Both the position numbers and the translations under genes were made by a program. The notes under the pieces were generated by a model, which was not told the origin of the DNA, ran no database searches, and saw only the letters and a program-made list of their open reading frames with translations. A stretch of DNA of 64,000 nt from Armatimonadota bacterium (GTDB lineage: Bacteria; Armatimonadota; SYMT01): NCBI GenBank assembly GCA_046292385.1, contig JBKBRF010000011.1, positions 1-64,000 of the forward strand. The letters are read 5' to 3'. Of this stretch, positions 57,669 to 64,000 are shown in pieces. The stretch's first letter is position 1; each line of letters begins with the position of its first letter.

Positions 57669-58000
57669 CAGAGCGACAGTTGGTGCGCCCGCGGCGCAGG
57701 CGCTCTGCGCTGAGTTTACCGTGCGATCGCAGTTGGACCGCCAGCCTTACACCGCGATCCCGCCGCCGACCGCCCTGGAGATCGGATTGCGCGCAGAACG
57801 CGCTTTCCGGACGAGGATCGCCGGAAGCGCAGAGCCAAACTGAAGATCGCAAGTGTGTGCCGGAGGATGTCGCGCCGAAGGTTCACCTCTCGGCGCTTCT
57901 CAACTCCGCCGGTCCGCACGAGGTGAAGCGGCGGCTGGAGGTCTCGTTCCAATGCAAAGGATGATCCGCACCATGCGTCAGGAAGATGAGGAGTAACCGC

Positions 58001-58846
58001 GTGGAGAAGCGTCCGTTCGGGCCCACGGGCCGCATCGTCCCGGCGATTGGGCAGGGCACCTGGTTTCTGGACCAGGCCGACCGGCGCACCGCCGTCGCGG
58101 CGCTACGGCGCGGCCTGGAGCTCGGCATGACCCACCTGGACACGGCAGAGATGTACGGGGACGGAGCCGCGGAAGAGGTGGTCGGCGAGGCGATTGCCGG
58201 GCGGCGGGAAGAGGTCTTCCTTGTTTCCAAGGTCCTGCCGCACAACGCCTCGCGCGCCGGCACGATCGAGGCGTGCGAGCGCTCGCTCGCGGCGCTCCGG
58301 ACCGACTACCTCGACTGCTACCTGCTGCACTGGCCCGGTCCGTACCCGCTGGAGGAAACGTTCGCCGCCTTCCGGGAGCTGCAGCGCGCGGGGAAGATCC
58401 GCTCCTGGGGCGTGAGCAACTTCCACGTGCCGGACCTGGATGCCGCGCTGGAGGCGGCCGGACCGGAGGAGATCGCCTGCAACCAGGTGCTCTATCACCT
58501 CGAGTCGCGGGGGATCGAGCACGAGGTGATCCCCTGGTGCGAGGAGCGCGGGATCGCGGTGGTGGCATACAGCCCCTTCGCACACGGCCAGTTCCCGGCC
58601 CTGGACACCGCCGGGGGGCGGGTGCTCCGGGAGATCGCTCTCGCGCGCGGTGCCACTCCGAGGCAGGTAGCCCTCGCCTTCCTCACGCGCCGGGCCGGCC
58701 TCTTCGCCATCCCCAAGGCCGCCGATCCGGAGCACGCGGCGGAGAATGCCGGGGCCGGGGAGCTCCGCTTGAACGAGGCGGAGATCGCCCGGATCGAAGC
58801 GGCGTTTCCCCGTGGGCCGCGCCCGCGCACCCTTCCGATGCTGTAG
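58001..58846 (+). CDS. Aldo/keto reductase
   Basis: IGQGTW, DTAEMYGDG, LVSKV, YLLHWP, GVSNF, NQVLY, AYSP, IPKA; GAGGAG RBS before GTG. Confidence 0.95.
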   Translation: MEKRPFGPTGRIVPAIGQGTWFLDQADRRTAVAALRRGLELGMTHLDTAEMYGDGAAEEVVGEAIAGRREEVFLVSKVLPHNASRAGTIEACERSLAALRTDYLDCYLLHWPGPYPLEETFAAFRELQRAGKIRSWGVSNFHVPDLDAALEAAGPEEIACNQVLYHLESRGIEHEVIPWCEERGIAVVAYSPFAHGQFPALDTAGGRVLREIALARGATPRQVALAFLTRRAGLFAIPKAADPEHAAENAGAGELRLNEAEIARIEAAFPRGPRPRTLPML

Positions 58847-58929
58847 GCCCGCCTATCCCGGCCGTCAGCGCCCGGCCGACCGGGGAGCGAAAGTCGATAT
58901 CGGCGCCGTGAAGCGGGGTATCAAGAGGT

Positions 58930-59772
58930 ATGCCCCCCATTCAGATCCTGTTCGGCACCGACGGCTCGGCTGCTGCGGCGGCCGGCATCGACCTCCTCCG
59001 CAGATTGCCGCTGCCGGAGGGCTCCGCGATCCACGTCGTCTCGGCAGTCGACGCCCAGCCGACCACCACGGAGACCGGAAGCTGGTCCCGGTTGGCGGCG
59101 CTGACCGAGCGAGCCCGCGAAGAGGCGGCGGGCTTCGCGAGGGAGGCGGGAGAGCAGTTGGTTCGCCCGGGCGTGAGGGTCACTACCGAGGTGCGCTCCG
59201 GGAAACCGGCCGACGAAGTCTGCCGCGCCGCGGCCGACGCCGGCGCAGACCTGATTGTGATCGGCCCGACGGGCCGTGCCGGCCTGGAGTCGATCATCCT
59301 CGGCAGCGTCGCCGACTCCATCGTCAAGCGGGCGCAGGCCTCGGTGCTGGTGGCCCGCCCGGTGCGCCACGAGCTCCGGCGCGTGATCGTGGCGACGGAC
59401 GGTTCCGCCAACGCCGAGCGCGCCGTCCGCAAGGTGGGACGCCTGCCGCTCCCCGCGGAGAGCTGCGTCGTGCTTACGCACGTGCTGGAGACGCAGCGGA
59501 TCATGACGCACGAGGAGCTGCAGGCTGTCGAGCCGGCCCGGTCGATCCTCGACACGGCGCGCGCCTCGATCGCCGAGTCCGGCCACTCCGTGGAGACCCA
59601 GGTCCGCTCCGGCGATCCGCGAGAAGAGCTGCTCGACCAGGCGCGGGAGATCGGCGCGGACCTGATCGTCTGCGGCGCGCGAGGGGCCTCTCTGATCGAG
59701 GGGCTTCTCTGGGGCAGCGTCGCGGATCGCCTGGTGAAGCACGCGCCCTGCTCCGTCCTGGTGGTGAAGTAG
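58930..59772 (+). CDS. Universal stress protein (two USP domains)
   Basis: Two TDGS..ADLIV.G..G...LGSVAD repeats. Confidence 0.93.
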   Translation: MPPIQILFGTDGSAAAAAGIDLLRRLPLPEGSAIHVVSAVDAQPTTTETGSWSRLAALTERAREEAAGFAREAGEQLVRPGVRVTTEVRSGKPADEVCRAAADAGADLIVIGPTGRAGLESIILGSVADSIVKRAQASVLVARPVRHELRRVIVATDGSANAERAVRKVGRLPLPAESCVVLTHVLETQRIMTHEELQAVEPARSILDTARASIAESGHSVETQVRSGDPREELLDQAREIGADLIVCGARGASLIEGLLWGSVADRLVKHAPCSVLVVK

Positions 59773-59800
59773 CCGATCTTCCCGGAGGCTACCGATCACC

Positions 59801-62110
59801 ATGCGAGCGGATCCGCCGAGCCGAGCCGGTACGTCGTCCGGCGGCGTGTCGCCGCGCTCCGGGCTGAGCCGCACCGGAGCGTTGGCCGGGCTCCTGATCG
59901 GCGCGTCGCTGGCGGCGTTCGGCGCCCTGCTCAGCCAGGCGCCGCGCGTGGCGGCCGGAGAGGTGCTGATCGCGCGCGCTGGCTGGGTGCGGGAGCTGGG
60001 GCTCTCCCTCTCCTTCCGTCTCGACGGGCTGTCGCTCCTGTTCGGGCTGCTGGTGACCGGGATCGGAGCGCTGATCTTCCTTTACGCGGACGGCTACTTT
60101 CGCACCGATCCGCGCCGGAGCCGCATGCTGGGCCTGCTCGGCCTCTTCGCGGCTTCGATGCTCGGGCTGGTGCTTGCCGAGAACCTCCTCTGCCTCTTCG
60201 TGTTCTGGGAGCTCACCAGCATCAGCTCGTACTTCCTGATCGGGTTCGATCACCGGAAAGAGGAGGCCCGCGGGGCCGCGCTCCAGGCGCTGCTGCTGAC
60301 TGCCGGGGGCGGCCTGGCGCTGCTCGCAGGGCTGGTGGTGCTCGGCGGCGCGGCCGGCACCTTCGAAATGACGGAGCTGCTTCAGCGCGGGGACCAGGTG
60401 CTGCAGCATCCGCACAACCTGGCGGCACTGCTCCTGGTCGCCGCCGGCGCGCTCACCAAGTCCGCCCAGTTCCCGTTCCACTTCTGGCTGCCAGCCGCGA
60501 TGGCAGCACCCACCCCCGCCAGCGCCTATCTCCACTCCGCCACGATGGTGAAGGCGGGGGTCTACCTGCTGGCGCGCCTTCATCCGGTGCTCAGTGGGAC
60601 GCCCGCCTGGGAAGCGCTGCTGGTCGGCGCCGGCGCGGCTACGATGTTGACCGGCGCCGTCCTCGGCTTCACGCAGAGCGACCTGAAGCGGATCCTCGCC
60701 TACTCCACCATCAGCGCTCTCGGGATGCTCGTTTTCCTGCTCGGCATCGGCAGCCCGGTCGCCGTGCAGGCGGCGATGGTGCTCACGCTGGCCCACGCGC
60801 TCTACAAGGCCGCGCTCTTCATGGTCGCGGGAGCGATCGAGCACGGCACCGGCACGCGGGATGCCGACCGGCTCGGCGGCCTTCGCCGCGCGATGCCGTA
60901 CACCGCAGCGGCGGGCGTAATGGCGGCAGTGGGGCTCGCGTCACTCGGTCCCGCGCTCAGCTTCATCGGCAAGGAGCTGCTGCTGGAGGCGGTACTGGAA
61001 GAAGAGGCCCTGCGGAACCTCTGGGTGGTGCTCGTCACGGTTGTCAGCGGACTGCTCGCCGCCGTCGCGGCGGTAGTGGGGCTGAAGCCGTTCTTCGGGG
61101 CGCCGCGTGAAGCGCTGCGGGATGCCCACGAAGTGCCGGCGGCGCTCTGGCTTGGGCCGATGGCGCTCGCCCTGCTGAGCCTGCTCATCGGGCTCCGGCC
61201 CGGCGCGGCCGCGTCCTATCTGATCGGCCCGGCGGCCGGCGCCGTGCTCGGCCGGGGCGTACCGGTCCAGCTCGCCCTGTGGCACGGCGTGAACCTGCCG
61301 CTCGTCTTGAGCGCCGCCTCGCTCCTGTTGGGCGCGGCGCTCTACTGGCGCCGGGAGTGGCTGCGAGAAAGGTTGGGCGACCCCTCCCGGCGCCGCTGGA
61401 GTCCGGCCCGCCTCTACGAGCGAGCCTGGGCGGGCGTGCTGCGCTTCGCGACGTTCCAGACCCAGGTGCTCCAGACCGGCTACCTGCGAGTCTACGTGAT
61501 GGTGACGGTGGTGTGCGGGCTACTCCTGATCGGCGGTCCGATCGTACTGCTCGGCTTCCCTCCGGCGGGGCGGGTAAGCTGGACCGATCCCCGCGCCCAG
61601 GAAGTGATCCTGGCACTGGTGATGCTGATCGCCGCCGGCGCCACGGCGATTCTCCGCTCCCGGCTGGGGGCGGTCGTCTCGCTGGGGGTGGTCGGCTACG
61701 CGCTGGCGGTGCTCTTCGTGCTCTTCGGCGCGCCCGATCTGGCGATGGCCCAGTTCCTGGTGGAGACGCTCACCGTGGTGCTCTTCGTGCTCGTCTTCCA
61801 TCACCTGCCGCCGATCCTCCCGAAATCGCCCGCGGGAGCTCGGGTGCGGGACGCGATGATCGCGCTTGGAGCGGGGCTGGTGATGGCGACGCTGGTGATC
61901 GCCGCGCTGCTGCAGCCGGTCCCCCACGGACCCGCGCAGTTCTACGTGGCCCAGAGCGTGCCGGCGGCGCACGGCCGGAACATCGTGAACGTGATCCTGG
62001 TCGACTTCCGCGCGCTCGACACGCTCGGTGAGATCACCGTGCTGGCCGTCGCCGGCCTCGGTGTCTACGCGCTCCTGAAGCTGAACCCGGTCCGGAGGTC
62101 CCGCCGATGA
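59801..62110 (+). CDS. mrpA: Mrp Na+/H+ antiporter subunit A
   Basis: [69 protein letters not shown]. Confidence 0.95.
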   Translation: MRADPPSRAGTSSGGVSPRSGLSRTGALAGLLIGASLAAFGALLSQAPRVAAGEVLIARAGWVRELGLSLSFRLDGLSLLFGLLVTGIGALIFLYADGYFRTDPRRSRMLGLLGLFAASMLGLVLAENLLCLFVFWELTSISSYFLIGFDHRKEEARGAALQALLLTAGGGLALLAGLVVLGGAAGTFEMTELLQRGDQVLQHPHNLAALLLVAAGALTKSAQFPFHFWLPAAMAAPTPASAYLHSATMVKAGVYLLARLHPVLSGTPAWEALLVGAGAATMLTGAVLGFTQSDLKRILAYSTISALGMLVFLLGIGSPVAVQAAMVLTLAHALYKAALFMVAGAIEHGTGTRDADRLGGLRRAMPYTAAAGVMAAVGLASLGPALSFIGKELLLEAVLEEEALRNLWVVLVTVVSGLLAAVAAVVGLKPFFGAPREALRDAHEVPAALWLGPMALALLSLLIGLRPGAAASYLIGPAAGAVLGRGVPVQLALWHGVNLPLVLSAASLLLGAALYWRREWLRERLGDPSRRRWSPARLYERAWAGVLRFATFQTQVLQTGYLRVYVMVTVVCGLLLIGGPIVLLGFPPAGRVSWTDPRAQEVILALVMLIAAGATAILRSRLGAVVSLGVVGYALAVLFVLFGAPDLAMAQFLVETLTVVLFVLVFHHLPPILPKSPAGARVRDAMIALGAGLVMATLVIAALLQPVPHGPAQFYVAQSVPAAHGRNIVNVILVDFRALDTLGEITVLAVAGLGVYALLKLNPVRRSRR

Positions 62111-62580
62111 GCTCGCTCGTCCTGCGCACGGCGGCCCGCGGGCTGCTGCCGCTGCTCGTGCTCTTCTCGGTCTTCCTGCTGATCCGGGGCCACCATGCTC
62201 CGGGCGGCGGCTTCTCCGGCGGGCTGGTCGCGGCCGGCGCTCTCACGCTCTACAGCTTCGCCTTCGACTCCCGCTCCGTGCTCATCGCCATCCGGGTGCA
62301 TCCGCTCCTGATCGCCGGGGCGGGGCTCACCCTGGCTGGCGCGAGCGGCGCCCTCGGGGCCGTTTTGGGAAGGCCCTACCTCACTGCCGTCTGGGGCTAC
62401 CTGCCGCTGCCGGGCGGCGCCGTGGAGCTGGGCACGCCCCTGGTCTTCGACGCGGGGGTTTACCTGGCGGTCATCGGGGCGACTCTCACCATGCTTCTGG
62501 CGCTCCACCAGGAGCAGACCCGGAACGAAGGTCCGCGCTACACGCGCCGGGGAGCGGCGCGCCGTCGAGCAGGAGAATAG
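62107..62580 (+). CDS. mrpB: Mrp antiporter subunit B
   Basis: [24 protein letters not shown] coupling. Confidence 0.93.
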   Translation: MSSLVLRTAARGLLPLLVLFSVFLLIRGHHAPGGGFSGGLVAAGALTLYSFAFDSRSVLIAIRVHPLLIAGAGLTLAGASGALGAVLGRPYLTAVWGYLPLPGGAVELGTPLVFDAGVYLAVIGATLTMLLALHQEQTRNEGPRYTRRGAARRRAGE

Positions 62581-62586
62581 CGGGCG

Positions 62587-62934
62587 ATGGAGATCGTACT
62601 GGCAGTGGTGGTCGGCGGGCTCTACGCGGCCGCGACGTACCTGATCCTGCGCCGCCACATCGTCAAGCTGATCCTGGGCCTGGCGATGCTGGCGCACGCG
62701 GCCAACCTGCTGATCTTCACCGCCGGCGGTCTGCGGCGTGCGCGGCCGCCGCTCGTGCCGGAGGGTGCTCTCGCCCCCACCGGTCCGGTGGCCGATCCGA
62801 TCCCCCAGGCGCTGATCCTCACCGCCATCGTGATCGGCTTCGCGATCCTCGCGTTCGCGCTCGCCTTGAGCTTCCGGGCTTACCAGGCGGCGGGCACCGA
62901 CGACCTCGACGCGATGCGGGTGACGGAGAAATGA
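62587..62934 (+). CDS. mrpC: Mrp antiporter subunit C
   Basis: [24 protein letters not shown]. Confidence 0.95.
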   Translation: MEIVLAVVVGGLYAAATYLILRRHIVKLILGLAMLAHAANLLIFTAGGLRRARPPLVPEGALAPTGPVADPIPQALILTAIVIGFAILAFALALSFRAYQAAGTDDLDAMRVTEK

Positions 62935-64000
62935 AGTCGCTGCTCATCCTGCCGCTGGCGATCCCCTTCGCCGGCACCGCCCTGAGCCTGCTGGCCTGGC
63001 ACCAGCCGCGCCTGCAGCGGCGCCTGGCCCTGGCCGGCACGCTGCTCCTCCTCGCTAGCGCCTGCGCGCTGCTGGCGGCGGTGCGCGCGGGTGGGATCCT
63101 GGTGCTCCAGATCGGCGACTGGCCCGCGCCGCACGGGATCACCCTGGTGGCCGACCTCTTCAGCGCGATCATGGTGCTGATGGCGGCGGTCGTGGGGCTC
63201 AGCGTCACGGTCTACTCCGTGCCCTCCATCGGCCGGCGGCGCGAGGCGTTCGGCTATTACGCGCTCCTGCAGGTGCTGCTGCTCGGCGTCTGCGGAGCGT
63301 TCCTGGCGGGCGACCTCTTCAACCTCTACGTCTGGTTCGAGGTGATGCTGATCGCCTCGTTCGTCCTGATCTCGCTCGGCGGTGAGCGAAACCAGATCGA
63401 AGGAGCGCTGAAGTACCTCACGCTGAACCTGCTCTCCTCGGCCTTCTTCCTTTCGGCGGTCGGCATTCTCTACGGGGCCACCGGCACGCTGAACCTGGCC
63501 GACCTGGCACAGAAGCTGAACGCGGGAGTGAGCCCGGGTCTCCGGGCCACCCTGGCAATGCTCTTCCTGGTCGCCTTCGGCATCAAGGCCGCGGCGTTCC
63601 CGTTCTTCTTCTGGCTGCCCGCCTCGTACCACACGCCGCCGGTGGCGGTGACGGTGCTCTTCTCGGGCCTCCTCACCAAGGTGGGCGTCTACTCGATCTT
63701 CCGGATCTTCACGCTCGTGTTCGTGAACGAAGGGGACTACCTGCGGATCCTGCTCCTGGTGATGGCCGGGCTGACGATGGTGACCGGAGTTTTGGGGGCA
63801 GTGGCGCAGTACGAGTTCCGCCGCCTGCTCGCGTTCCACATCGTGAGCCAGATCGGCTACATGCTGATGGCCGTCGGGCTTTTCAGCCCGCTCGCGCTGG
63901 GCGGCGGCGTCTACTTTATCGTGCACGTCATCCTGGCCAAGTCGGCGCTCTTCTTCGTCAGCGGCGTGAGCTATCACGTGCGCGGCACCTCCGACCTGAA
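62931..64000 (+). CDS. mrpD: Mrp antiporter subunit D (truncated by the window edge)
   Basis: ATG 62931; [60 protein letters not shown]. Confidence 0.93.
   Translation, partial: MKSLLILPLAIPFAGTALSLLAWHQPRLQRRLALAGTLLLLASACALLAAVRAGGILVLQIGDWPAPHGITLVADLFSAIMVLMAAVVGLSVTVYSVPSIGRRREAFGYYALLQVLLLGVCGAFLAGDLFNLYVWFEVMLIASFVLISLGGERNQIEGALKYLTLNLLSSAFFLSAVGILYGATGTLNLADLAQKLNAGVSPGLRATLAMLFLVAFGIKAAAFPFFFWLPASYHTPPVAVTVLFSGLLTKVGVYSIFRIFTLVFVNEGDYLRILLLVMAGLTMVTGVLGAVAQYEFRRLLAFHIVSQIGYMLMAVGLFSPLALGGGVYFIVHVILAKSALFFVSGVSYHVRGTSDL

Noticed and set aside
57669..57985. Possible small ORFs between the phosphatase and the aldo/keto reductase
   Set aside because: No frame has a convincing RBS, codon bias or motif; left unannotated.

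Overview
GC-rich bacterial chromosomal window. The gene content (STN-like secreted protein, HEAT-repeat paralogues, DUF1549/DUF1553 protein, futalosine-pathway MqnD) suggests Armatimonadota or a similar lineage, but this is inference. Most of it is housekeeping or catabolic: trpBA behind a GntR/UTRA regulator, a FliA/WhiG sigma factor, uppS-dxr-rseP plus an HtrA protease, pabB with a class IV aminotransferase, hslVU, rnd, mqnD, two GH78 rhamnosidases, several oxidoreductases, and the start of an Mrp antiporter operon. I saw no CRISPR array, transposase or integrase. Intergenic DNA is dense with several REP-like and short-tandem-repeat hairpin families. Four items stand out. (1) A small Tat-exported protein (51196-51798) carries short signature motifs resembling three unrelated families (FG-GAP, DUF1559-type prepilin, Hcp-like), and sits in a ~0.9 kb segment bounded by a duplicated gene end plus terminator. 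(2) A tightly packed six-gene uncharacterised membrane cluster around a DUF6754-like protein ends in a LysR gene (11480-16662). (3) An ECF sigma factor is fused through an internal twin-arginine signal to a degenerate ThuA-like domain. (4) A tRNA-Arg has the GCG anticodon, which is uncommon in bacteria. All family assignments come from motif recognition by eye, not database searches.
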